Of a stretch of DNA of 64,000 nucleotides, positions 40,200-54,840 are shown in pieces. A program made the position numbers and the translations under genes. This DNA comes from the human T2T-CHM13v2.0 reference genome, Homo sapiens. The stretch lies in NCBI RefSeq assembly GCF_009914755.1, contig NC_060938.1. One strand, given 5' to 3'. Position 1 is the stretch's first letter; every line of letters starts with the position of its first letter. Below the pieces are notes generated by a model. It had not been told where the DNA came from. It saw nothing but the letters and a program-made list of their open reading frames with translations, and searched no databases.

Positions 40200-40750
40200 G
40201 GTTTAGTTAGCTATTGCTACAAAACAAACAACACTAAAAAGTTGTGTTTAAAATGGGCATGTTATTTGCTTGTGATTCTGTGGGTCAGCAGTTTAGACTT
40301 GACTCAGCTGGGTAGCTTGGATGATCTCACATGAGGTCCCTCATATAGCTCCAGTTATCTGGCAGATAGACGGGGGATGATGATGGTCTAATATGGTCTC
40401 ACACACATATCTGCCAGTTGGTTCTGGTTATTAGGCTGAGGAGCCTCACGTGATATCTCTGTGCTTTGTGACCTCTCATTTGGCTAATGTTGACTGCTTC
40501 ACTTGGTGGTCTCAGGGCTGCCTCCCAGAGAGGTATATAACAGGAGCAGCAACTCTTGAGAGCTTGGAAATCATACAAGAACACTTTCGCTGTATTCTGT
40601 TGGTCAAAGCAAGTCTCAGAATCAGGCTAGATTCAATGGGCAGGGAAATAGGTGACGTGTCTTAGTGGGAGGAACAGCAACATCATACTACAAAAGGGTG
40701 AGCGTGCAAGGATGGGAGGGTTTCTTGCTGTGTTTGCCAACAATTTACCA
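40200..40750. mobile_element. Old MLT1 LTR
   Basis: TTAGTTAGCTATTGCT, GATTCTGTGGGTCAG and TATTCTGTTGGTCAAAGCAAGTC motifs. Confidence 0.65.
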
Positions 40751-42148
40751 TAAAGTGATAACTGAGTTGGACCTTCACAGAAAATAAAGATTTGGGAAAT
40801 AAAGACTTTGCCAGAGCAGGGATTATAAAGAAGAGCATTACTTCAGATTAGCTGAGAATGAGGCCACACGCCTATATTGCATTATTGAGGAAATTTCCTC
40901 TTGCCTTTGCTCCACAAGCACATTGCTTCTACTAGTTGCAGGGACATAATTACCAATTTCATATATATAATACTTCTAACTTTTCAGAGGATTTTTATTT
41001 CTCCTATATAACGTTTAATATGCTATATAGTTTTGTTGCATTGTTTTACTCTGCTCATTCCTTTCCTCTCTGTAAGTTGGTGTCGTCATTGCAACAAAGC
41101 CCAGGTTCCCAGCTCACTTCCCAAAAGACAATCATGTGGACTATCTGCTGTGATTGACTGTGGCTGAGTGTTTGCCCTGGCAGCTTTTTTGTTGCTGAAG
41201 ATGAAAGTTTGATGGACTTTAAGATGGAAAGGAAGGAAGAGGAGAAATTTGATTTCATCGGCAGCTGTCTTACTCATCTTCATTAAGATGGGTTGTGGAC
41301 ACTTCAAGGCCATTCTGAACCAGTGGTCATAAAACTAATAGGTGCCACTCAACCTGCGCTGCTCGTATTATTGCCTGAGACCTGTCATCTCGGTAGTTAT
41401 TGCAAAAGGAGAAGGAATCTACTGTAGGGAACACAATGGTCCTTGTGTGACAGAAGTGAAACTGAAAGAAATAGATTTTTCTATTAGCTGCAAATCAAAC
41501 CCTTGCACATCATCCCTTGGAGGTGACAGTGCCTGATTCTCTAAGGCAGGGTTCAAACAAATCATTTGGGCTTGCAGAAAATAATATGAGATTAATATCC
41601 AAGTGTGTGTGTGTATGTATTTGTGGGGTGTGTGTGTGTGTGTGCGCGCGCGTGCATATATGACAACTACGTGGCTCCTCACTTGAAGTTTTGGAATTAG
41701 CTACTAATATATGTGTATGTTTAAGGGATGCATTTGTGGACTTGAAGTTGAAATAGGGAAACTGAGATGTATTCTGAAGAGGGAAGGAGAAGAGGGAATC
41801 CAGTCCTGATTAGGGGAATATTGAAATAAGTAGGTGAATAATATTCAGTCTCCCAGGTTTGTGGCTATGAGCTCTTTTCTTCCAGAAGTATTTGCTGAAG
41901 GGAGGGAAGAAAACACTCCTTTTCTTCTGACAATCAAACTTTTCAAATGTCAGCATGCATGGGTGTTTCTCTCTATTCTTGAGGCTCCTTTTTGTTTCAG
42001 TCTAACACCTCACATCCTGTGGGTTGTAATAATAATGGTAGCAGTTACCATTTATTAAGCCCTTGTCATATGCCAGGTGCTTTACATATATTACAGTGTT
42101 TGTAATCCATACAAGAATTATTACAAGATAGATATCACTATGCCCAGG

Positions 42149-42927
42149 TGTGTTAGTCCATTTGTGTTGCTATAAAGGAATACCGGAGGCTGGGTAATTT
42201 ATTAGAAAAAGAGGTTTATTGGGCTCATGGTTTTGCAGACTGTACAAGCATGGCATCAGCATCTGCTTGGCTTCTGGTGAGGCCCCAGGAAGCTTTTACT
42301 CATGGTGGAAGGTAAAGAAAGGGCAGGTACGTCACATGGCAAGAGAGGAAGCAAGAGAGATAGGGGAGGAGTTGTCAGGCTCTTTTTAACAATCAGATCT
42401 CATGGTAACTACAGAGTGAGAGCTCAATATTTCAAGGAGGGCATGATATGGTTCGACTCTGTGTCCCCACCCAAATCTCATCTTGAATTGCAATCCCCAT
42501 GTGCAGAGGGAGGGACCTAGTGGGAGGTGATTGGATCATGAGGGCAGTTTCCCCCATCCTGTTCTCATGATGGTGAGTTCTCAGGAGGTTTGATTGTTTA
42601 AAAGTGTGACCCTTCCCCTCTGTCTCACTCTCCTGCTGCCATGTAAGATATGCCTTGGTTTTCCCTCACCTTCTGCCATGATTGTAAGTTTCCTGAGGCT
42701 TCCCAAGACATATGGAACTGTGAGTCAATTATACCTCATTTCTTTATAAATTACCCAGTCTCAGGTAGTTCTTTATAGCAGTGTGGAAACAGACCACACA
42801 GACCACCAAGCCATTCATGAGGGATCTGCCCTCAGGATCCAAACACTTCCCTCCAAGCCCCACCTCCAATGTTGGGGATCACATTTCACCATGAAATTTG
42901 GAGGGGACAAACATCCAAACCGTATCA
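42149..42927 (-). mobile_element. MSTB-like MaLR LTR split by a THE1 LTR
   Basis: TGTGTTAGTCCATTTGTGTTGCTATAAAGGAATACC ... GGACAAACATCCAAACCGTATCA, interrupted at GAGGGCA|CCAAGCC. Confidence 0.8.
42444..42800 (+). mobile_element. THE1D-like solo LTR nested in opposite orientation
   Basis: TGATATGGTT...TGTGTCCCCACCCAAATCTCATC start and AAATTACCCAGTCTCAGGTAGTTCTTTATAGCAGTG end. Confidence 0.82.
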
Positions 42928-43505
42928 ACAGGGAACTATAGCTCAGGGAGGTTAAGTAACTTACCCAACAACACACAGCTTATATGTTGCAATGTAGGAA
43001 TCCAAACCCCCAAAGCTTGTGCCCTCCTACTGCGCTACCCTGCCTCTTCCAGGCTTGGGGCTTTAGGGAATGCCCTTTACAAGCAGTATAAAGACGCATT
43101 TAGGAATTTTTCAATCAGCTCTTGTCTAGATCTTCTTTGGAAAGTCTTCTTAGTTACTGGCAGGTCAAAATACCAGCTACTTGATCTAATAGTGTTATCA
43201 GCAAGAAACTAAAAATCATGAAGCAATGCAGACTTTTTGAATCAGATAGGACTTACTAGGCCATCTTGTGATTCTAATCTAACATCTTATCTGGCCACTT
43301 TTTCTGCCTTGTGCAGGAAGTGAGGTCTGGATAGGTCAAAGGGCATGACTAGAGCATTGGAGTTAATGGGAATGGGGAATGCCTTCTTTGCTTCTTGACA
43401 TTTCTCCTCCACAACACTGCACATCCCTTGTGAAATAATTTACTATTTTTTAGACATCATGTCAAAGACTGAAGTGAAAGCCACCCTCTTGTGATCAACT
43501 GAGGT

Positions 43506-43730
43506 CAGAAGTTGGCAAATTTTTTTGTTGGGGGTGGGGGGCTAAAGGGCCAGATAATAAATATTTTTGGCTTTTCACACCAGAAAGATCTCCATTGCCA
43601 CTAGTCAATTCTGCATTTATAACTGAGAAGCAACCACAGACAATAAGTAAAGAAGTGGGCAGCACTGTATCCAGTATAATATTATTTACAAAAGGCAAAG
43701 AGGGCTGGATTTGGCTTCCCAATCTCTGCC
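43506..43730. mobile_element. MER58A-like element
   Basis: GTTGGCAAATTTTTT...TAAAGGGCCAGATAATAAATATTTTTGGC...TTATTTACAAAA. Confidence 0.7.
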
Positions 43731-44312
43731 TTAGGCCTTTAAAGATATAGCTTCCCTGGGGAAATCTCTACACTTTGAGATTTATACTCCAGTACTAATA
43801 ACATAGTAAGAGAATAGTAATGGTGGTGGTAATAATAGCAGTAGTGGCATCAGCAGCAACAACAATGGCACCTTTTAACATTTGCTTAATACGTTAAGGT
43901 TTACAAAGTCTTTTTACAATTATCATCTCACATAAACCTTTTAAATTCCTACTCAAGAACTACACAAGCAAGGGAAACGTGCTAGCTGAGCAGTGTGGTA
44001 CAATGAAAAGAGAATGGGATATACTGCATTTAGTCATAGAGATTGGTGGTGTGGGATGAAAATGCCTAGAGAGTAGGTGTGTGTCTCCTGGCCCCATTAG
44101 GGGACAGTTCATTCAGCAGCAGGGTGAGTGTCGGAGTTCCCAAATACATGGCTGCTAATCAGTTCCCTCACTCTGTAGGCATTTTGCATTTAAAGCTGTC
44201 CAGAAAAGAGAGGCTTGGTCTAAGAGGTTATGGTGTAAGAAAATCTCTACATTTCCACCCATTGCCTTTTGGGATCCCTGTATGTTAGTGAGCAACAGTA
44301 AAAAGTGACCTG

Positions 44313-44734
44313 TGTTAAAAAGGTAATGGAAGCATGGTACAATTTTAGAGTTCATTTGAGCAAACAGAGATTCATGAATTGGGCAGCTCCAAACCAGAAG
44401 TGGTATGGGGATTCCAATGAAGAAGTATGAGAACTAAGCTATTATAAAGAGAATGCAGACCTAATACAAATAAAATATTTGATTGATTACAGTTATAAAG
44501 CTGTCTTTGCTGGGAAATTCCTAGTTATGTAATTATAAGTGTGATTGGTTGAGCTTAAGTTCTGTTTGTCATTATTATAGGCATTTACAAGAAATAGCTC
44601 AAGTTAAGTTCTGCTGATGTTTGCAATTCAAGCAAGTCTAAGGCCACTTATGAGGCCTAACTGGCTCTGTCTGCTCAGGAATTCTTGCACCATTGAAGCA
44701 TTCTTCAAGGTCTCCATTTTAATTTAGTTTAACA
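44313..44734. mobile_element. ERV1 solo LTR (MER31/MER67-like)
   Basis: TGTTAAA...TTTAACA termini and ATTCATGAATTGGGCAGC internal motif; subfamily uncertain. Confidence 0.6.
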
Positions 44735-47315
44735 CCTCTTAACACCACGCCTTCAATAACATTTATTTAACACAGGTCTTTGCTTCGTGCTAAAGGCAAA
44801 CATGTATATGAGACTCTGTCCCTAAAGCATCTGTAACTCTCCAAAGACATACCCCTAGGAACATCCTGAAGATTCTGAATCTTGCAGCCTGCCAGAAGCA
44901 CAGCAGTGCTGTTGGCATCTCTAGACCACTGTCTGTGATTGACTTCTGGCTCTGCTACTTGTCAGCTATGTAACCTTGGGCAAGTTTCTTTTTCTAGTCT
45001 CTTTGTCATGTTCTTCATCTGTAAAATGGGTATTTTTTAAACTACCCATTTATGTAGTCTGTGATGATTTAAGAGCTAATATGGTATGTGTAGTGGTTAT
45101 TTATGAGCTAATATGTGTATATTAGCTTAATGCCTAGCATTCGTAAATACTCAGATAAATGCCAGTCATTATTATTATCATAATTGCTGGTGAAATTAAC
45201 ATACAAAGTCCTGTGCAAACCTTAATTTTCTCACTATGGACTTCATACATTTTCAGAATCCTAGCTACTTGGTTCTCAGAACATTCTTCTAACACCTAGA
45301 GATTCCACAGCCAATGTATCTTTGGGAACTTATTGACTAACACAGAGCTAAATGAAGTAAGCAGCATTTGTACCCTGACATTTTACAGATGGAAGGAATC
45401 ATAGAGGTCATCTCAGCCAGAAACACATTTTCAAGATAGGGAACTGAGGTTCATAGAAAGTAAATGACTTTGCCAAAGTAATACACTCAGGACAGAATGA
45501 GGGCTAGAACCCCGGGGATTAGTTTTTTTCCTCTGGCCTCAAAACTCTTCCTTCTGCCATTTTTAACTTACCAATTTCACCTAATACCTTCCACATATTT
45601 TTGTGACTGTTTCAAAGATTCCACTAGCTACCATAGAAGAAGTAATGAACTAACCTTATAATTCCATCCCAGTGGCTTCACCTCACCTGCCCTCAGTTTC
45701 CTCACCTGTCCAGTGAGGCAAACTTACATTGGAAGATCCCTAAGGTGGTTCCCAGTTCAGATAAGATACAATCCTAACAAATAAAGTGGGGTCGGAGTGG
45801 AATGTTCTTGAAATCCTGGTATCAATGGGACTGGGATATTACTCTAAATCTATGGAAACTTCAAGAACAATATATTTGTTTTAACCTGAAAAGACAGTTG
45901 CGTTCCAGTGTGAAATAGCCACCAGGCTGGATGAAAATGTGTGATGTGATTCCATCATTGAAATGAGCATGTGTTGACCGTAAGTTCTTCTCTTTCTCTC
46001 TGGGGACATTTGCAGTGCTGCAGAGCTTCTCTGTGAGCTGGGATGCTCTGTCAGCTTAAATCCTTTCCAGAGTGATAAATATACATTGATTTTATTTGAT
46101 TTGGCCCATAGGTGGGGGATAAAAAACAAGACATCACAGCCACACTATACTGTATATTCATTCCCCCTGAAGACAACGCACACATCCTTGTTGAAGTCTC
46201 CTCATTTAGACAACTCTTCCTTTTTATGCTTCATTATAATGCCACTTTCATGTCCCTTCCCCTCAACATCGTGCACCTTGTTCCACATCCAGCACTCTGT
46301 GTTTTTAAATTAAGGGAAATGCCATTTAAATATGGTTTTTCTCTTTGTAATATACTCACCTATAAAAAGTCTTTAAAGGTAATGCTAACTGCTTTGGCAG
46401 AAATTCAGGCATATATATAGTTATTTTAATACAAGGCTATTTGTTTGCTTGACTGTTTTTAATGACTACTCATTAACACCATGATCTTATCCTCATTTCC
46501 TCTGCACAGAGCTTGAGAGGTGCTGTTCACAGCCCCTGCTGCCTGCTTTCTGAGGTCTCCAAGATGCTAGCTTTCTACTTTTCCACTCAGCCCTGACACC
46601 TAGTTCATCATTTGAGATAAGCCCCAGTTGTCGGCAAATTGCAATCTCATCAGGTCTGCAAGATAGCATCTTGTTTGACTCTTTTCAACACCTTCCATTA
46701 ACACTTTGGGACTAGGTCTTTGGGAAGAGCCAGGCCTCACCACATGGGCGATTGTGGTTGATGAACAGATTCTAGTTTTCCCCATTATTGACTTCATTAA
46801 ACTTGACAGCCTTTTTAGTCTCCAGATAGGGTGAACCTTTTTTCACTGACCCTTATTAAGAGCTGTCTCCTTAAGAAGGGTCATTCGAGAAGGGATAGTG
46901 GGGGCCACTCCTTCTACTTCCAGGAAATAGCTGATTTTGGTAAACAACTTTGATTTAGTTTTTAGAGTTCTTTCACCTCCCTAATTAGGACAGCCACAAT
47001 TTATCAAATGTTAGCAATGCACCAAAGCCTAAGAATGATCTTATTTCTTCCTCCTTATTCATGGGTTTTATTACTACTATCCTAATTTCCTCATATGGAA
47101 ATGAGCCTCAAAAACATTAAATAAGTTACTCTAGGTCCCATATCAATAAATTGACAGAGCTGGAATTGGAATCAACTTAAGTCTGACTTCAGAGCTTAAG
47201 GTTTTAACCATCATATTCTACCACCTTCATAATACCTTTAGTTACTTTATTATATTTTAGGTTTACCCCTTGTTATTGGTCTTCAAAATCCATGAGTTCA
47301 TTCTGATTTTATGAG

Positions 47316-48130
47316 GTGTATTGGTAATCTATTGTTTCATGAAAACTTACCCCAAAACTTAGCAGATTAAAGCAATAAACACCTATTATCTCATTCAGGC
47401 TTTGTGGGTCAAAAATTCAGGAGCAGCCTAGCTGGGCTCAGGGTCTCTTATGAAATTGTAGTCAAGATATTGGCCCAGGCTGCAGTCAGTCACCTGAAGC
47501 CTTGACTGGGCTGGAAGATGTACTTCCAAGTTTCACTCACATGCCTGGCAAGTTACTACTCATTATTGGTAGAAGGCTTTCGTTCTCCAGCAATGTCTGA
47601 TCCTAATTTTATTTTACCATAGATTAGTGCAGTCTTCACATGAGGTTTCATTTCACCTCTCTTTCTCTCTCTCTCTCTTTCTCTCTTTCTTTATTTTTTT
47701 TCTCTCTCTCTCTCTTTTCCCCTGGCAGTCTTCTTTTGGTCAAGCCATTTGTATTAGTTTGCTAGGTTTGCCATATGAAAGTACCAGTGGCTTAAACAAC
47801 AGAAATTTATTACAGTTGTGGAAACTAAAAGTCCGAGATCAAGGTGTCATGGAGCATTGTTTTCTCTGAGGCCTCTGTCTTTGGTTTATAAATGGTGATC
47901 TTGTCTCTCTGTCTTCACATGGACTTTCTTCTGTCTCTGTGTCCTAATCACCTCTTCATATAAGGATACTAGTCATGATTGAGGCTCATGCATCTGAGCT
48001 CATTTTCACTTACTCACCTCTTTAAAGGCCCTGTCTTCTAATACAGTCACATTCTGAGGGGTGTTAGGACTTAGGGGGTTAGGACTTCAACATATGAATG
48101 TTGAAATGAAGTAATTTGGCTCATAATACC
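47316..48130. mobile_element. Two MLT1 LTR pieces (about 47316-47600 and 47750-48130)
   Basis: CCCCAAAACTTAGCAGATTAAAGCAATAA and TGTATTAGTTTGCTAGG...GTTAGGACTTCAACATATGAAT motifs. Confidence 0.7.
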
Positions 48131-49046
48131 ATCTTTGTCCTTTGTATGTCTTGAGAATTTCCTTTTACACTGTCTTACCTATTACTTATGTCATTTCTCC
48201 ATTCTTAACCTCTCTTTGCCTCAAGTTCCCAAAGCTATTGTGCAGCCAACTTTAAGAGTTAACTGCCTGCCTTTCTGATTGCTCGTTACACTTGAAGGAC
48301 TTAGGATGCTATACCTGAAGGTCTTAGAGAGTTAGACTGGTCCTCCAAGCTTATGAATTTTCTAGAAACTTTTTAACTTGCATATGGTATTCTCCTGAAG
48401 AAGCTGTGGCTAAAGTCAGATATATTTTTATAAACTATTCTTTGATCATGTATGAGTGCCAAAAAAAGGAGTCTTTAATTACTTTGAGGGAGGGGTCTGT
48501 GCATCTTTCTTAACCCTTTTCCTGGCTGCCCTGTAGATATTCCAGAAAGATTTGATGTCTTGTGGAATGGTCTGAGAACCAGATGGAAGCTAGATGAAGA
48601 ACAAAATCAAAAGTGTCTCTCTTGTCTTGCATGATAGAAACTAATATCACTAAGAACGCAATTGAGAGCAAATTATTAAGAATATGCACTGAATGTGTAC
48701 AACAGCCAGTGTTTGTTCCTCATCAGCACAGGGAAGCATTCTTTTTTTTTTTTTTTTTTTGTGAGTAATTTTATTTTATTTTATTTTATTTTTTTTTATT
48801 TTATTTATTTATTTATTTATTTATTTTTTAATTTTTTTTTTATTATACTCTAAGTTTTAGGGTACATGTGCACATTGTGCAGGTTAGTTACATATGTATA
48901 CATGTGCCATGCTGGTGCGCTGCACCCACTAACGTGTCATCTAGCATTAGGTATATCTCCCAATGCTATCCCTCCCCCCTCCCCCGACCCCACCACAGTC
49001 CCCAGAGTGTGATATTCCCCTTCCTGTGTCCATGTGATCTCATTGT

Positions 49047-52898
<3,852 letters not shown>

Positions 52899-52937
52899 TC
52901 ATTAGTTGATGCAGTTTCTTCCTAGTCTCGATGGTCT

Positions 52938-53954
52938 TTACATTTTGGCATGATTTTGCAGCGGCTGGTACCGGTTGTTCCTTTCCATGTTTAGTGCTTC
53001 CTTCAGGAGCTCTTTTAGGGCAGGCCTGGTGGTGACAAAATCTCTCAGCATTTGCTTGTCTATAAAGTATTTTATTTCTCCTTCACTTATGAAGCTTAGT
53101 TTGGCTGGATATGAAATTCTGGGTTGAAAATTCTTTTCTTTAAGAATGTTGAATATTGGCCCCCACTCTCTTCTGGCTTGTAGGGTTTCTGCCGAGAGAT
53201 CCGCTGTTAGTCTGATGGGCTTTCCTTTGAGGGTAACCCGACCTTTCTCTCTGGCTGCCCTTAACATTTTTTCCTTCATTTCAACTTTGGTGAATCTGAC
53301 AATTATGTGTCTTGGAGTTGCTCTTCTCGAGGAGTATCTTTGTGGCGTTCTCTGTATTTCCTGAATCTGAACGTTGGCCTGCCTTGCTAGATTGGGGAAG
53401 TTCTCCTGGATAATATCCTGCAGAGTGTTTTCCAACTTGGTTCCATTCTCCACATCACTTTCAGGTACACCAATCAGATGTAGATTTGGTCTTTTCACAT
53501 AGTCCCATATTTCTTGGAGGCTTTGCTCATTTCTTTTTATTCTTTTTTCTCTAAACTTCCCTTCTCGCTTCATTTCATTCATTTCATCTTCCATTGCTGA
53601 TACCCTTTCTTCCAGTTGATCGCATCGGCTCCTGAGGCTTCTGCATTCTTCACGTAGTTCTGGAGCCTTGGTTTTCAGCTCCATCAGCTCCTTTAAGCAC
53701 TTCTCTGTATTGGTTATTCTAGTTATACATTCTTCTAAATTTTTTTCAAAGTTTTCAACTTCTTTGCCTTTGGTTTGAATGTCCTCCCGTAGCTCAGAGT
53801 AATTTGATCGTCTGAAGCCTTCTTCTCTCAGCTCGTCAAAATCATTCTCCATCCAGCTTTGTTCTGTTGCTGGTGAGGAACTGCGTTCCTTTGGAGGAGG
53901 AGAGGCGCTCTGCGTTTTAGAGTTTCCAGTTTTTCTGTTCTGTTTTTTCCCCAT
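52938..53954 (-). CDS. L1 ORF1p, open 338-aa frame
   Basis: MGKKQNRKTG...QNHAKM, 1017 nt. The ORF-track start at 53963 is a TTG created by the inversion junction. Differences from the recalled active L1HS sequence include R98P and R159H. Confidence 0.93.
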   Translation of the reverse strand: MGKKQNRKTGNSKTQSASPPPKERSSSPATEQSWMENDFDELREEGFRRSNYSELREDIQTKGKEVENFEKNLEECITRITNTEKCLKELMELKTKAPELREECRSLRSRCDQLEERVSAMEDEMNEMKREGKFREKRIKRNEQSLQEIWDYVKRPNLHLIGVPESDVENGTKLENTLQDIIQENFPNLARQANVQIQEIQRTPQRYSSRRATPRHIIVRFTKVEMKEKMLRAAREKGRVTLKGKPIRLTADLSAETLQARREWGPIFNILKEKNFQPRISYPAKLSFISEGEIKYFIDKQMLRDFVTTRPALKELLKEALNMERNNRYQPLQNHAKM

Positions 53955-53958
53955 CTTT

Positions 53959-54840
53959 GCCAAGATGGCCGAATAGGAACAGCTCCGGTCTACAGCTCCC
54001 AGCGTGAGCGACGCAGAAGACGGGTGATTTCTGCATTTCCATCTGAGGTACCGGGTTCATCTCACTAGGGAGTGCCAGACAGTGGGCGCAGGCCAGTGTG
54101 TGCGCGCACCGTGCGCGAGCCGAAGCAGGGCGAGGCATTGCCTCACCTGGGAAGCGCAAGGGGTCAGGGAGTTCCCTTTCCGAGTCAAAGAAAGGGGTGA
54201 CGGACGCACCTGGAAAATCGGGTCACTCCCACCCGAATATTGCGCTTTTCAGACCGGCTTAAGAAACGGCGCACCACGAGACTATATCCCACACCTGGCT
54301 CAGAGGGTCCTACGCCCACGGAATCTCGCTGATTGCTAGCACAGCAGTCTGAGATCAAACTGCAAGGCGGCAACGAGGCTGGGGGAGGGGCGCCCGCCAT
54401 TGCCCAGGCTTGCTTAGGTAAACAAAGCAGCCGGGAAGCTCGAACTGGGTGGAGCCCACCACAGCTCAAGGAGGCCTGCCTGCCTCTGTAGGCTCCACCT
54501 CTGGGGGCAGGGCACAGACAAACAAAAAGACAGCAGTAACCTCTGCAGACTTAAGTGTCCCTGTCTGACAGCTTTGAAGAGAGCAGTGGTTCTCCCAGCA
54601 CGCAGCTGGAGATCTGAGGACGGGCAGACTGCCTCCTCAAGTGGGTCCCTGACCCCTGACCCCCAAGCAGCCTAACTGGGAGGCACCCCCCAGCAGGGGC
54701 ACACTGACACCTCACACGGCAGGGTATTCCAACAGACCTGCAGCTGAGGGTCCTGTCTGTTAGAAGGAAAACTAACAACCAGAAAGGACATCTACACTGA
54801 AAACCCATCTGTACATCACCATCATCAAAGACCAAAAGTA
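53959..54840 (+). promoter_or_regulatory. Inverted L1 5'UTR: sense promoter facing +, antisense promoter facing -
   Basis: Starts GCCAAGATGGCCGAATAGGAACAGC (YY1 site 53961-53970 intact, first ~9 nt missing) and ends ...AAAGACCAAAAGTA. CpG-rich. Confidence 0.9.
54185..54400 (-). CDS. L1 ORF0 (71 aa), intact
   Basis: MAGAPPPASLPPCSLISDCC...RCVRHPFL, 71 aa, lying antisense to the 5'UTR. Because of the inversion it is now co-directional with ORF1/ORF2. Confidence 0.85.
   Translation of the reverse strand: MAGAPPPASLPPCSLISDCCASNQRDSVGVGPSEPGVGYSLVVRRFLSRSEKRNIRVGVTRFSRCVRHPFL

Noticed and set aside
53955-53963. N-terminally extended ORF1 (MAKMGKK...)
   Set aside because: The extra start is a TTG formed by the junction; the true ATG is at 53954.
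53888-54295. In-frame ORF0-ORF1 splice fusion
   Set aside because: The ORF0 donors (after 54295, phase 1; after 54210, phase 2) are out of frame with the known ORF1-internal acceptor at 53888 (phase 0).
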